Assembly (NCBI RefSeq): GCF_006345805.1
Contig: NC_043012.1
Coordinates: forward strand, 42,222,001 to 42,286,000
Length of the DNA stretch: 64,000 nt
Reading direction: 5' to 3'
From: Octopus sinensis
Taxonomy: Eukaryota
Shown here: piece after piece, positions 13,713 through 28,007 of the stretch
How positions within the stretch are numbered: position 1 is the stretch's first letter
How the letters are laid out: each line of letters opens with the position of its first letter
Made by a program: the position numbers and the translations under genes
Notes under the pieces: model-generated
Databases searched by the model: none
What the model was told of the DNA's origin: nothing
The model's input: the letters and a program-made list of their open reading frames with translations, nothing else

Positions 13713-14882
13713 TATATATGTATATATATATATGTATATGTATGTATATTTTTTTATATATTTATGTATACGTATGTATAGTTATACTACAAATTTTGAT
13801 AAGTATTTATAGATTTGGTTATGATCACTAATTTTAGCTTATAATTATAAGGGCATGGGAAAGACTTTATAGTATATTAGGGGTTACTATATAAATAAAT
13901 TTTTATATATTTATTAATCTTATAAGATTTTTAGAATATATTTAATAATTAGTGGCTTTTAATCATTTAAATCATTTAATTTATTTTGTATTAAGTTTCA
14001 TTTATCATAGTTATTTTATTAATAAATATTATAGTATAGAGAGATTTTATTCTTTATTTGTGACTTCATTCTATTTACAATGATAAACAAATAATTTTCC
14101 CATTCACAATCATTAATAAAACGTAGGTTCCTCACGCGTAATGAATTCTTCAACAATTTATTCTTTTTTGCTAATAACGTAATTCCACGAGTTTTCTTAT
14201 AAACGCTGTATAGACGTTTTCCGATTCAAAATTTTAGTTCATTGCTAAACCTCGCTAAGATAAGTATTTATTTAAGATCTTCAAATTGTAAATTTTAATA
14301 TTGTATAAGTCTTTGGAGTAATAATATTCTCCTTATGTAAATATCGTTGTTTATGTAATGATCTTATTATCGTAATTTTCTATATTATTAGATATTAAAT
14401 TTAAGTTTATTCGTAAGATACTACTTAGCAATAGATTTGTTATTTGATAGCAAGCATACGAGGTGTATTAAGTTAGGCTTTTGTATATAATGTTTTAATA
14501 GTATTAATTGTAGTTTTAAATTTATAATTAAATTAGATAAACTTTGATAAATTAGATATGTTTCGACTAAAGATTGGTCCAGGCCATGTCTAATTTAATA
14601 GCATAACTTAGTTATTTCTTTAAATTGATATTCGCTAGTATATGTGGTTGTGTGTGTACGTATATATGTGTATATGATGATGTGTGTGTATATATATGTA
14701 TATGTATATACATTTATTTGTGTGTATGTGTGTGGGTGTGTATATATAGGTGTAAGTGTATATATTGAGTATTGTATGTATGTACATGTATGTATGAGTG
14801 TGCATATGTGTATGTGTGAGTATATATATGTGTATATATGTATATGTATGTATGTGTGTATGTATGTGTATGTATATGTATG

Positions 14883-14917
<35 letters not shown>

Positions 14918-15397
14918 GTATATATATATGTATATATATGTATATTTTTTATATATTTATGTATACGCATGTATAGTTATACTACAAATTTTGATAAGTA
15001 TTTATAGATTTGGTTATGATCACTAATTTTAGCTTATAATTATAAGGGCATGTGAAAGACTTTATAATATGTTTAGACATTTATTTATAGAGATTATTTT
15101 AGATCTTAATTATAATATTTATATACTTTTATATATTTTCATTGATAATTTATATATATTAGTCATTTTTAAATACTTATGTAATTAGATATAGACTAAT
15201 ACCGATATTAGATTATGGGTGGTTTCCTACCTTATAAATTAAAATTAATATTTAACATTATAGTCGATTTTGATATAATCATAATTGTTAAGTTCTATGT
15301 TTCTAGTTTGAATAGAGTTTATTATAAGTAAAAATTTATATATTATTTATATCTTAAAAATATTGTTTAAATATTCTGATTATATTTTAGATATTTC

Positions 15398-15474
15398 AAT
15401 TACCTGAAGATTGACTGTAACCATAACTCGAATAATTACGAATTGGACAGCCATGTGAAACGATCGTAGTTTTT
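15398..15474 (+). ncRNA. Type I hammerhead ribozyme motif (weak helix I)
   Basis: ac-CTGAAGA-ttgactgt...acagccatgt-GAAA-CGATCG-TA-gt; palindromic helix III. Confidence 0.6.
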
Positions 15475-15606
15475 ACTCATTATCTTTGATTAAACTTTAA
15501 TACTTTGATATATATTTAAAATAATATAAATTAATTAATTTATGTATTGGCTTAAGTTTTTCATGTTTGATTTGCCTAATAGTGGGTTTATCTCTAATTT
15601 AATATA

Positions 15607-15640
<34 letters not shown>

Positions 15641-15651
15641 CTATATATATC

Positions 15652-15708
<57 letters not shown>

Positions 15709-15709
15709 T

Positions 15710-16060
15710 TTGAAAAGTATATCAGAGTATTCCAACGGATCATAATGCAATCCTTGTGTTGTCCTTTTGTACACCCTGATGATTTTCCACCCAAGATATT
15801 TTAAAATTTTTAAATGCAAGATTATACATAGATGTATGCTTTGTAATTTTAATTTTGGTTGAGAAATGAAACAATTGTATGTGAAGATGTTAATTAATTA
15901 ATTTGTATCCATTTTCAAACTTAATAATAATTTTTGATATTTTATAATATTTCATATAATATGTTCATTGAAGAAATATCTCTTCAAAATATAATATATT
16001 AAACCAGTGTATCTTGGATAAAAATATCCTATAAATGATCTAAATAATCCTCATAGTATA
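15710..16060 (-). mobile_element. Decayed Penelope-like RT/thumb remnant
   Basis: Degenerate motifs resembling RYIDDIF, IKF.E and TQGLHY..L..SD (compare SQALRY.RICSD). Confidence 0.45.
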
Positions 16061-16121
16061 TGAGTACTATATATTATTATATATATATATAGATATATAT
16101 ATATTATATAAAATCCATTCT

Positions 16122-16832
16122 GTCTATCTTCTGTGTGCCTTCTTGGATCTCGGGCATCCTCCATCTGATTGCACAAAGACAGTGCCCTGTGGAACACCAC
16201 TCACTATTTGTGTGTTCATAGAAGTGGCTCCATTAACCACTACTGCCTGACTCCTATCTTTCGGGAAGTCATGTAACCACACTCCAAGTTTTCCAGCTAT
16301 GCCGAGGTCATGCAATTTGTGGCATATCATACCATGATCCACCTTATCAAAAGCTTTTGCAAAATCAAGGTAGATTACGTCCACATTTGATTTGTTGAGT
16401 AACTGCCTCAACACCCAGTCATAATGTTGTAAGAGCTGGGTCAGTCAGCTCCTACCTGGTCGAAAACTATGCTGGGTATCACTTAACAAGTTATTTTCCT
16501 CAAGGAATGCGATTAGTTTCTTTCTGACTATCCGTTCCATGACTTTGCTGATGTGTGAAGTCAGAGAGATAGGCCTATAGTTTTGGGCCTCTGCTCTACT
16601 TCCCCCTTTATGTATTGGGCATATTATTCCCTCCTTCAGTTTGCTTGGCAATTTGCCATTTGTAAGAAAGCTCTGGAAGAGAATCTTGAGGGGTTTTGCC
16701 AGGGTATGCTTACACGCTTTGAGGAGGATTGCTGGGAAACCATCAGGACCAGCAGTTGAGTTTGTGTCCACTTCATCTATGGCTAGTAGGACATCTTCTT
16801 CGCTAATGTCAATGTATTCTATTGTAACTGCC
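16122..16832 (-). mobile_element. CR1/Jockey-group LINE RT fragment
   Basis: AGPDGFPAILLK, NYRPISLTSHISKVMERIV, YLDFAKAFDKVDH and SGVPQGTV; internal deletion after QGTV. Confidence 0.92.
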
Positions 16833-16841
16833 TATAATATA

Positions 16842-16875
<34 letters not shown>

Positions 16876-16881
16876 ACATAA

Positions 16882-16913
<32 letters not shown>

Positions 16914-17559
16914 CATGCATATAGATATATGAAAAGCAAAGTTGTATAGGGATGCTAGTAATTTTAAAATTGCAATTAAGAAATTTGATGTCAAAGGGTG
17001 AGAGAAGAAGAGAAGGGAGAGAGAGAGAATTAAAGGAGAAATGGAGGTATGATGTCTATTTTCTTAACAGCAATTTAAAAATTACTAGTGTTCCTAATAC
17101 AACATTGCTTTTCATATATGTGTATGGGTACATGCATGTATGTGTGCATATATGTGTATGTGTACATGCATGTATGTGTGCATATGTATATATGTATATA
17201 TTGTAATTTCTTACATCTGTTATGTCTTATTGATGCACACTGCAGTTTATATCCTTCCTGAAATAGATTAATGCATTGTTCCACATCATTCATCCTCTCA
17301 GATTTATTTTAATGCATCCATTGAAACATATGTTGGTGAAAAGGTGATATAAATGATTTAAATAACATCTCGAGCATTTGTCTGCATTTTCCATTATTCT
17401 TATGTTCTCCAAAACACGTCTTGCTTCTCCCCGGAATTAACTCCCTTGCAAGTGTGATCACTAACTCCTAGGATGCTTATGTGACATCTGGCTACCTTCT
17501 AATTGTTCTTCTGGATTTTTCCTATAAATTGAACATTCGTAATATATATATATATATAT

Positions 17560-17932
17560 GATGCATGTGTATGACGCATGTGTACGAACAGCCATGCTAC
17601 ATGGCAGTGAAACATGGGCTGTGACTGCTGAGGACATGCGTAAGCTCGCAAGGAATAAAGCCAGTATGATCCGATGGATGTGTAATATAAGTGTGCATAC
17701 TTGACAGAGTGTAAGTACCTTGAGAGAAAAGTTGAACCTAAGAAGCATCAGATGTGGTATGCAAGAGAGACGACTGCGCTGGTATGGTCATGTGGCGAGA
17801 ATGGATGAGGATATCTGTGTGAAAAAGTGCTACACCCTAGCAGTTGAGGGAACCTGTGGAAGAGGTAGACCCAGGAAGATCTGGGATGAAGTGGTGAAGC
17901 ACGACCTTCGAACTTTAGGCCTCACCAAGGAA
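17560..17932 (+). mobile_element. RTE-type LINE ORF C-terminal fragment, cut by the gap
   Basis: AMLHGSETWAVT...RRLRWYGHVARM...GRGRPRKIW. Confidence 0.88.
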
Positions 17933-18032
17933 NNNNNNNNNNNNNNNNNNNNNNNNNNNNNNNNNNNNNNNNNNNNNNNNNNNNNNNNNNNNNNNNNNNN
18001 NNNNNNNNNNNNNNNNNNNNNNNNNNNNNNNN
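17933..18032. other. Assembly gap (100 N)
   Basis: Run of N. Confidence 1.
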
Positions 18033-20566
18033 GGTCCCTCCTGAACCTCATCAACACCCTGTACATGGAGCAGGTAATACTCCAACCAACCAGGGCAGGT
18101 AACACACTGGATCTCTGCTTCACAAATGACATGGATCTCATCCATAATGTGAAAGTGACACCGACACTACTACTCTCGGATCACAACATGATAGAGCTAC
18201 CATGTACGGGCCAAAAGAGAGCACGGACTGCAGCCTACAAGAAACCCTCAAAATCTTTCCAGCTTGAACTACCATAAGGCAAACTGGAAACAAATTGAGA
18301 AAGAGATCCTCAAACAAAAACTGGCCTAAATGTCTCTCCTCGCCAGACATCGACGTGAAACTTCAACAATTCATGTCTGTAATGCAAGCCATATGCTACA
18401 AATGTGTCCCCAGAGAGAAAGGCCACTGTACACAAGAACAAAATCCCCAGAGAGAGGAAAATTTTAATGAGACGGCGTACGAAATTTTCAAATCGCCTAA
18501 CAAACAGATTGAAAGCAGTGAAAAGTCCCGCCTAAAATAAAACTGTTGGAAATCGAAAATGTCTGCAACTCTCCCCGTGAAAAGAAAGAGCAGACAAAGA
18601 AGCCTGGGCTAATAGAAACATAAAATCTAACCCCAGAGCTTTCTACAGGTAGGCCAAAGAAACAGCTACAGTGCACTGTAGAATAGGGCCACTCCTCGAA
18701 AAGGATGGCACACTTACAGGAAAACCAATGAGGGTAAGTGAAATACTGAATGAGCAATTCAAGAGTGTTTTCACTCCACCCCTTGGGCATCTCTCAAATC
18801 ACCAATCCAACTGACTTTTTTACCACTGCAGATATAAAATCAGAGGCGGCGACGATAGATTAATCGATATAAAGGAAGACGATGTAACCAAGGCTAAGAG
18901 AATGAAATGAAACAGACTCAGCTCTGGCCCCGATGGATTCCCCGGCAATCCTCCTAAAAGCATGTAAGAGAGTCCTAGCAAGACCACTGCAGTTCCTCTT
19001 TCAGAGCTTCCTTGCAGCTGGCAAACTTCCAGGAAAACTGAAGGAAGGTAAATATGCCCCATTCATAAAGGAGGTAGCAGAGCGGAAGCCAAGAACTATA
19101 GACCTATCTCTCTGACCTCACACATCAGCAAGGTCATGGAACTAATAGTCAGAAGGAAGCTGATCACCTTCCTTGAAGAGAATGACTTGCTGCCCGACAC
19201 CCCACATGGTTTCCGACCAGGGAGAAGCTGTTTAACTCAGCTCCTACAACACTATACTGGGTGGCTGAAAACGGCTGCTCACCACTCAAATGTGGAAGTG
19301 ATATATCTCGACTTGCAAAGGCCTTTGATAAAGTCGATCATGGAATGATATGTCACAAACTGCGTGATCTCAACATAGTGGGAAAACTGGGAGAATGGCT
19401 TCATGACTTTCTGAAGGATAGAAGTCAGGTGGTAGTAGCCAATGGGGCCACCTCCATTAACACACAAATAGTGAGCGGTGTTCCGCAGCGCACTGTTCTG
19501 GGACCACTACTGTTCATAATGGCCCTCTCAGACATGCCCTCAGCCACGCAGAGAGCCACGATCACAAGTTATGCAGATGATACAAAAGTTCACAGGCAAT
19601 ACAGAAACCCTGAGGACACTAAACACAACCACCTGCAATGTGAGCTGGACGAATATACAAGTGGGCTGAAAAGAATAGCATGCAGTTCAATGCTGGAAAG
19701 TTTCAAGCTTTATACTATCAGCATGCAAACTGAATGCAATACCCAATGAATACACTGGACCCGGAGGGATTGCAATCCCAGAGGCACAATCAGTGCGTGA
19801 CCTGGTATTCACATGAGTGATGACGCGACCTTTCATGTACATGTTGCTAAACTGACAATGAAATGTAGACGGCTGGCTGGATGGATTCTTAGAACCTTAG
19901 AACAAGAGAACAAGAAACCATGATGGTCCTCTGGAAGACACTTGTCCTAAGCCACTTTGACTATTGCTCTCAGCTAGGGTCACCATCCAGTGTCAAGTTG
20001 ATCACAGAACTTGAGGCGATCCAACGAAGCTACACAAAGAAGATAGCCTCTATGCAGAATGTAAGCTACTGGGAAAGACTCAAGAGATTAAAATTATATT
20101 CCCTGGAGCGTAGGCGGGAAAGATATGCCATAATAACATCTGGAAGATCCTGAAGGGAAGTTCCTGAACTTTGGCATCGAGAGTTACGCAAATGCCAGAA
20201 CTGGGCGCCACTGCGTGGTCCTAGGACTCCAAACCTGCCATCAAGATGTAGGACAAGATTCTTGATAGCCTGGGCCTTCCGAGGCCCACAGCTCTTCAAT
20301 ATCCTCCCGAAGAACCTGAGAGACCTGCATGGGGTGGGATACAGATGTCTTTAAAATGAAGCTGGATCTCTTCCTGTCAGGTGTCCCAGATGAACCAACT
20401 TCACGGCAGGAGGGGCAGATGAGGGCAGCTGCATCGAACTCCTCTCTCATGCACCAAATAGCAGTTGCTAGAAAGCTCCATGAAGTGAAACCAAGTAGCA
20501 ACACCAAATGGCGGTGCCCCAGCTGGCCACAGCTCATAAGCTGAAACTAGAATCAATCAATCAATC
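18033..20566 (+). mobile_element. CR1/Jockey-group LINE ORF2 (EN end, RT, 3' end), many frameshifts
   Basis: PTRAGNTLDLCF and SDH (EN); KAFDKVDH, SGVPQRTVLGPLLF, YADD (RT); SLERRRER; (AATC)n tail; same family as 16122-16832. Confidence 0.93.
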
Positions 20567-20645
20567 ATATATATATATCTATATATATAATATATATATT
20601 ACATATATATATACATATATATACAATATATAATACTATATATCA

Positions 20646-20677
<32 letters not shown>

Positions 20678-20678
20678 C

Positions 20679-20720
<42 letters not shown>

Positions 20721-20735
20721 TATATATATATATAT

Positions 20736-20890
20736 CACGGAGTGGTTGGCGTTAGGAGCATCCAGCTGTAGAAACATTGCCAAATAGACTGGAGCCTGGT
20801 GCAGCCTTCTGGCTTCCCAGAACCCCGGTCGACCGTCCACCCATGCTAGCATGGAGAACGGACGTAACGACGATGAGATATGATGATGAT
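20736..20890 (+). mobile_element. RTE-LINE/SINE 3' end with (GAT)n tail
   Basis: ggagtggttggcgttagga...cccatgctagcatgga...gatgatgat; same family as 40740-41140. Confidence 0.8.
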
Positions 20891-21066
20891 ATACATATAT
20901 ATAATATATACATTATATATATATATTATACATATATATACATATATATAACATATATATACATATATATATATATTATATATATATATTACATATATTA
21001 TATATATACATATATATATATATATATCATATATACATATATATATACATATATACTATATATATC

Positions 21067-21100
<34 letters not shown>

Positions 21101-21406
21101 CATATATATATACATATATACATATATATATACATATATATATATACACTAATATTTATATATACATACATATATATATATATGACATACATATATTATA
21201 TATACATATATACATAATATATATATACATATATATATATACTATATATATAGCATATAGTATATACATATATATATACAGTATATATATGCATATATTA
21301 TATATACATATATACATATATATATATTACATATATAATATACATATATATATATCATATATTATATACATATATATATACTATATATATATACATATAT
21401 ATTATA

Positions 21407-21437
<31 letters not shown>

Positions 21438-21941
21438 CATATATACATATATATATATACATATAATATATACATATATACTACTATATATACATATACT
21501 ATATATACATATATATATACAATATATACATATATACATATAATATATACAATATATATACATATATACATATATATATATACATATATATATATATCTA
21601 CTATATATATATACATATATATATATATATCATATATATATATACATCTATATAGACATATACATATATATATACATATTATATCTATATATACATATAT
21701 AATATCTATACATATATATATATATGCATATAATATTATATTATACATATATATATATATACATATATATATATATTATATACATATATATGTATATATC
21801 ATATATATATATATATACATATATATAATATACATATATATATATATACATAATATACATAATATATATACATATCTATATATAACATATATTATATATA
21901 TACTATATATATATCTAACATATATTATTATATACATATAT

Positions 21942-21973
<32 letters not shown>

Positions 21974-22106
21974 ATATCTATACATATATATATTATATAT
22001 ACAATATATACATATAGATATAGCTATACATATATATATATATATATATATACTATCTATACATATATATAATATAACATATATATATATATATATATAT
22101 ACTTTA

Positions 22107-22332
22107 TTTTAAGCAGCAGAAAATTCAAACAAAATCTGTTACTCTGACGGTTTCTCGTTGCCATTCATCAGACAGTTTTTGCTAGCAAAAACTGTCTGAT
22201 GAACGGCAACGAGAAACTCAGAGTACAGATTTTGTTGAATTTTCTGCTGCTTAAAAAGCATATTACTCTACACTGGTATTTGAGTACTACTTTTTTTTCC
22301 ACCTTGTTTCACATTTATGTGTTTTACTCCGG
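22107..22332. mobile_element. Head-to-head inverted Penelope-type pLTRs, each with a minimal HHR
   Basis: Palindrome 22107-22255 centred on gctagc (22181-22186); right arm ctgt-CTGATGA-acggcaacga-GAAA-ctcagag-TA-cag, mirrored on the minus strand in the left arm. Confidence 0.8.
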
Positions 22333-22352
22333 TATATATATATATATATACC

Positions 22353-22392
<40 letters not shown>

Positions 22393-22396
22393 ATAC

Positions 22397-22429
<33 letters not shown>

Positions 22430-22438
22430 CATAATATA

Positions 22439-22470
<32 letters not shown>

Positions 22471-22720
22471 CACATATATATATATACATATATATATAGA
22501 TATATACATATATATATAAACATATATATATACATTATATATATATATATATATATATACATATATATCTATATATATAATATATATATATATTATATAT
22601 CTATATATATATATATATAATATTTATATATATATTTTATTTATTTTACTAAGCCCTTATTTATTTTACTAAGCCCTTTTATATAATATATATATATACA
22701 TATATATATACATTTATATA

Positions 22721-22764
<44 letters not shown>

Positions 22765-22793
22765 ATAGACATATATATATACATTTATATATA

Positions 22794-23040
22794 TCATCAT
22801 CATCATCATCACATCGTTTAACGTCCGTTTTCCGCGCTAGCACGGGTTGGACGGTTTCGACTGGGGTCTGGGGAGCTAGGGACTGCCCCAGGCTCCAGTC
22901 TAGTCTGGCAGTGTTTCTACAGCTGGATGCCCTTCCTAACGCCAACCACTCCGCGAGTGTAGTGGGTGTTTTTTACGTGCCACCTGCACAGGTGCCAGAG
23001 GGGTCTGGCATCGGCCACGTTCGGATGGTGCTTTTTATGT
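22794..23040 (-). mobile_element. RTE-LINE/SINE 3' end
   Basis: (CAT)n tail on the plus strand; acagctggatgcccttcctaacgccaaccactcc core. Confidence 0.85.
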
Positions 23041-23313
23041 GGGGGGGGGGGTGCAGAAATATATAGGGGAGCACCAGTGGTTATAAGTTCAAAACATTTA
23101 AACGGTAGACAAATGTATGTATGTATGAAAAAGAAGGGAGAAAATCTTCTTAGCTTGCTTATGGACATCGCTTTAAGTCGGAGAAGAAATGATAGTGAAT
23201 GGTGGAGATCGAATTAAAAGATTGAAGGTTGAACTTTAGAGAAACGGGCGGGAATGGCGATGTTTTTAGGGTGGCATATAGAAAGAAAAGGAAAGCAATA
23301 TATACATATATAC

Positions 23314-23360
<47 letters not shown>

Positions 23361-23365
23361 TATAC

Positions 23366-23396
<31 letters not shown>

Positions 23397-23447
23397 CATA
23401 TATATACATATATTATATATATATACATATATATACATATATATATA

Positions 23448-23485
<38 letters not shown>

Positions 23486-23536
23486 CATTATATTATAATA
23501 CATATATATACATATATATATATACATATATACACT

Positions 23537-23601
<65 letters not shown>

Positions 23602-23602
23602 C

Positions 23603-23633
<31 letters not shown>

Positions 23634-23647
23634 CATATATAATACAT

Positions 23648-23690
<43 letters not shown>

Positions 23691-23777
23691 AAATGATTGA
23701 TACAGAAGATGGAGTGCAACTAGAAGCCTTATTTGCACAACACTTGTTTTGGCTTCCTTCTGCACTGCTCCCTAGTG

Positions 23778-24009
23778 GGCGTGGGATGACGTAATGACAT
23801 CAGATGCAATGCACAGTGCAGTGAGCCTCATCAGGTGATGTAACATGTTTCAAAAGTTATCAGATTTACATTTCATTTTCACTCCAAGTTTTATGCTGCT
23901 AGCAATTCAGACACATTTTTGGTGAAGTGTAAATCTGATCATTTTTGAAGCATGTTACACCACCTGATGAGGCTCCCTGCATTGTGATGTCATTACATCA
24001 TCCCACACC
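23778..24009. mobile_element. MITE with about 100-bp imperfect TIRs
   Basis: gagcctcatcaggtgatgtaacatgtttcaaaa...atcagatttaca versus tgtaaatctgat...ttttgaagcatgttacaccacctgatgaggctc. Confidence 0.7.
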
Positions 24010-24904
24010 AAATCTTCCAGTTACACTTTGTCTTCCATATATCAATCATTTAAAATATACCCAACATGCACCTAGGAATTCCAGACATATATCCAGTAAC
24101 AAATGCACAGTAATGTTGATGATGCCTGGTAGCCATAGGTGGTGAACATGCTCAGCTGGTACAATACCTGGGACTTACACTCAAACAAGGTTTGGGTACT
24201 GCATTTAATGTCACCTTTCTAAACTTTAATTTTTTTAATTTTAAATTTAACTTTATATGTGTGTGTGTGTGTATTTCTATGTATACATCATCATCATCAT
24301 CATCGTTTAACGTCCGTTTTCCGCGCTAGCACGGGTTGGACGGAAATGTTCATATATATGTATGTGTGAGTGTATGCATACATGTTGATATTCCATGCTT
24401 AGTATTCTTTTTGTTCCTTAGTGCTCTGAGTTAGAATCCTGCCAAGGTCACCGGTATGTTTCATTTTGTCAATAATGGGTTGTGGAAGGGTCAATATAAC
24501 TAACTATCCTCTCCCCTGAAACTGCAGGCCTTGTGCCAAAGTTTGAAAGGTTTTAATATTAAATAATCAAGTGTTAAGATATTTCACATTGCTGATTTAT
24601 TTAACAACAAATATCAGAAAATAATTTCACATTTTTTTTAGAGTATTTTTTTTAGATCTTGAAATTTGTTAATTTTAATTTTAAGTTGTACTCCTTAGAA
24701 AAGTGAGTACTATGATGAAATAAAGTACTACTTAAGAGATGTTGATAAATTAGAATAAGATAATGCTTCATAGAGTTGTTAAATTAAAGTACATCTAGTA
24801 ATAATCTGTTGGTGAAATAGGATAATTGCTAGTGAAGCTAAAGTAGCTTGTTACAGCGAATTAGGGAGTATCAGAACCAAACAGGCAGTTCAGTTTTGAC
24901 AATT

Positions 24905-25049
24905 TCACAAAGGTTTTTTAGCAAGCTCAGATGTTGCACGTTTTGATTTCACAGAAGCTGAAGCCGAGGACTTTCTGCTATTGTCTGGCTTTGAATGGCT
25001 ACGGGATCGCGTCATTTTCTTTTCCTGACGGTTTGTATTGTTTGTGGTT
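24905..25049 (-). CDS. Putative terminal coding exon of an unidentified host gene (TTNNTNRQEKKMTRSRSHSKPDNSRKSSASASVKSKRATSELAKKPL*)
   Basis: Strong acceptor tttcttttctcttcttttcag; only the phase-2 frame stays open, matching the phase-2 donor at 55092; AATAAA about 300 nt after the stop. Confidence 0.6.
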
Positions 25050-25783
25050 CTGAAAAGAAGAGAAAAGAAATGAAACTCAATCAAAGTTATATATATAAAC
25101 ACATGCATACACACACAAAATGGGTGAGCTTTACAGCTCGCTCTGTCTCAGTCTCTAAGATGTGAGGGTCACCATTAAAGATAGGGAGTATATCTTAGAA
25201 ATCACTTATTGAGGTGATATACATCCTTCACACATAGAGCATGACTTCCAGTAGTTAAACTCAATCTAGCAAACTAACAAAATATTTCACAATTTCAAAT
25301 GTGTAAGCATGTGTGTGTGTGTCTGTGTGTGTGTGTGCATGCATGAATACGCATATGCAAGTGTGTGTGTGTGTATGTGCAGGTATATGTAAGGTCATAA
25401 ATTAAAATCCATAGCTACATGCTTCTGAGTTCTGTCTTACACTGTGGCACTTTGGGTAAATGTTTTCTCATATATATATATATGTATATGTATGTATGTA
25501 TGTATGTGGTCATGAATATGCAATAGCAAATAGTTTTTAAAAATCATATTTAAAGCTACAAAGAGCAAAATGCATATAACGGAGAAAATACAACAAGTGC
25601 ATACAGACACACATATGGATGAGTGAAAGACAAAAGAGCAAGAGTCAAGTACTGTGTTTCATTAACTTACAGCTGTTTCTGCTATCATTAATATTGCACT
25701 GTATTCACCTGATTGTTTACTCTGAAGTCAAGGTACATTGAGCCCTAACAACTGCTTATTGGTAGTGCTATGCTTAAGCAAAA

Positions 25784-25838
<55 letters not shown>

Positions 25839-27129
25839 GTGTGTGTGTGTGTGTGTGTGTGAATGCATATACAGTTGTTTGTATCAGTGTACAGGCCAGA
25901 ATTTGAACCTCAAAAAAAAAAAATCCACCCCACCCCTGAACCAGAGGCCATCTTAAAGACCAAATATAAAACATACAGTTGACATACTGTGGTCTAGAGT
26001 TTCACCAATGGTGATGAAGGACATTGTAAAACACATGCATAGCTCCTAGGGGCCAACCATTAAATATTTTCTACTGAGATATAAGATGTTTGGGAAGCTG
26101 GATTAAATGTAAGGTTATATTGAAATACAAATCTATTATAAACCAGTGTAACACAGCCAACTCATTGACATACACACTAGAAAAACAAACAAACTGCTTT
26201 AAGTTAGTTTCTGACAGAATGGAATCCCAGCAGTCTTTTGGATGATTTGTTTAATTCGAGGAATCAAGTTATCAGAATTCAGGGTGTTGAGAAAACTAAC
26301 ATCAATGACATCAAAATATTGTGTGTGTGTGTGTGTAGAACACAACCTTACCATTAACATTTTCTTGAAGTAGAAATCTTCTGGCTTACTTCTTGCTCAT
26401 GCTATGATGTGAGCTAAGTGTTGGACAGACCATCTCGACATACCACCAAAGGTCAAATTGCAAATGCTCTTCTCTTGGTATTCAACAACACCAAACACCA
26501 AGAGTTACAATTACTGCAAGCTTGACAATCCAGATATTCGCAAGGACTTACATCAAACGCACACTGTCATAAAAGCTTCAGTGGCATTCATTAGGAACTG
26601 GCAGAAACCAACATATTCAAGATCCTTGGAACTCCAGTACAATCAGCAGGTTCCTGAATGACATGCACAAGACCTACAAATCAATTCTGGACAACTCCTC
26701 ATGAGGAGCACTTCAGAGTGAGGAGTGGGGTTTAGTCAAGCCTCCATACCTTGAAAAATGAAGGGTGGGTTGCAAAAGCTCAAGATATATCCAGATGCAC
26801 AGAGACATGCATCATATGCATGATATTTAGAATGCAGTAATGGCATTCTGTAATTCTGGCAATTGTTCTAAGCCATTGCTCAAGTCATCATCATTTCATG
26901 TACACTTTTCCACTTTTTTGCATGGTTGAACAGAGTTTATTTAAGTGAATTTTCTAAGGTCAGAGGTCATTCCTGTCACCAACCCTCACTTGTTGGCCAG
27001 CAAGGTGATATTTCCTCATGGCCTGGCATGATGGCAGGACATTAAAAAATGAACAGCAATCATTTACAGCAGGTATGTGATGTCAAGACAAAGAGACACA
27101 TACTCACACATGTGCATGCACACATACAC

Positions 27130-27280
27130 GTGATGGGCTTCATTCAGTTTCCATCCCCCAAATCCACTCACAAAGCTTTGGTCAGCCTGAAGCCATAATA
27201 GAAGACACTTATCCAAGAAGGCACACAGTGAGACTGAATCTGAAGTCCTATGGTCAGGAAGCAAACATCCTAAGTATACA
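27130..27280 (-). mobile_element. Second SINE family (tRNA head; ccttgggcaagtgtcttct-type core)
   Basis: Homologous copies at 30597-30742 (+), 31990-32140 (-), 44668-44800 (+) and 60250-60395 (-). Confidence 0.7.
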
Positions 27281-27972
27281 AACACATTTGTGCTGTCTTT
27301 GCTAAAGGACCAAACAGCATTGGTGAAGATTTGTGACATCAACTGAAATGGTTCAGACATGTCCTCCTGTTCCTATTTCAGATGTCTCGCTCAGCCTGGT
27401 GAGGCTGGTGGACTAAAAAAGTTGTTCAAAAACCAGCTGAAGACTGCTTCAAGGAAGAACACTATCAATGCTTGGAAAAAGTGGGTTGACATTGCTACCT
27501 GCTGTTCATTTCGGTGATGAAAGGGTAATAGAAGATATAGAGGAGAAAAGCACTCGGCACCATCTGAAGAAGCAAGAAAGCAACATGCATGCAGAGTTAC
27601 ACTTCAGACATCGTCAAGTTGTGCACAAGTCAAGCTTGCAAATAAAGCTGCACTTTAAGAATTGGGACAGGCAGTCGTTAAAGGGCTGACTAATGAAAGA
27701 GAGGAGGGTTTAAATTGGACTCGATGAAGAACAAGAAGCAAAAGCAAGCAACATCATCAAAATTGCCATAAATTTATATGTTGATATAGTTATGTATATG
27801 TGTGGTTATATTAAATGAAATGTTGCAATATCTATACAGGGCCATGTCATCAAAACATATAAAAGTAATGTCAATGAGTGTTCAATATGTTGAGGTAGCT
27901 GAAGCTGTAAATATTCTGGAAACATCTTCATTTATATGCACAGTTATTAAAAATAAACATTTGTATTATATG

Positions 27973-28007
<35 letters not shown>

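Larger units (their letters stand above)
12742..15068. repeat. About 430-bp direct repeat pair (12742-13870 interrupted; 14640-15068) flanking a very AT-rich Penelope-like remnant
   Basis: Near-identical blocks tatatgtggttgtgtgtg... and gttatactacaaattttgataag...gaaagactttata in both copies. Confidence 0.8.
20567..23690. repeat. Very long irregular (TA)n/(TACA)n satellite with embedded short elements
   Basis: Seen directly; irregular phasing suggests uncorrected read errors. Confidence 0.9.

Noticed and set aside
13870-15530. Mitochondrial insertion (NUMT)
   Set aside because: AT-rich, but no mitochondrial gene, tRNA or rRNA motif recognised; Penelope-like signals fit better (BLAST needed to exclude)
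18033-20566. Programmed frameshifting or recoding in the LINE ORF
   Set aside because: Scattered single-base indels next to a gap are better explained by sequencing error or decay
23778-24009. GAAA...CTGATGA as a type II hammerhead
   Set aside because: No helix I or helix II pairing; it is a MITE arm
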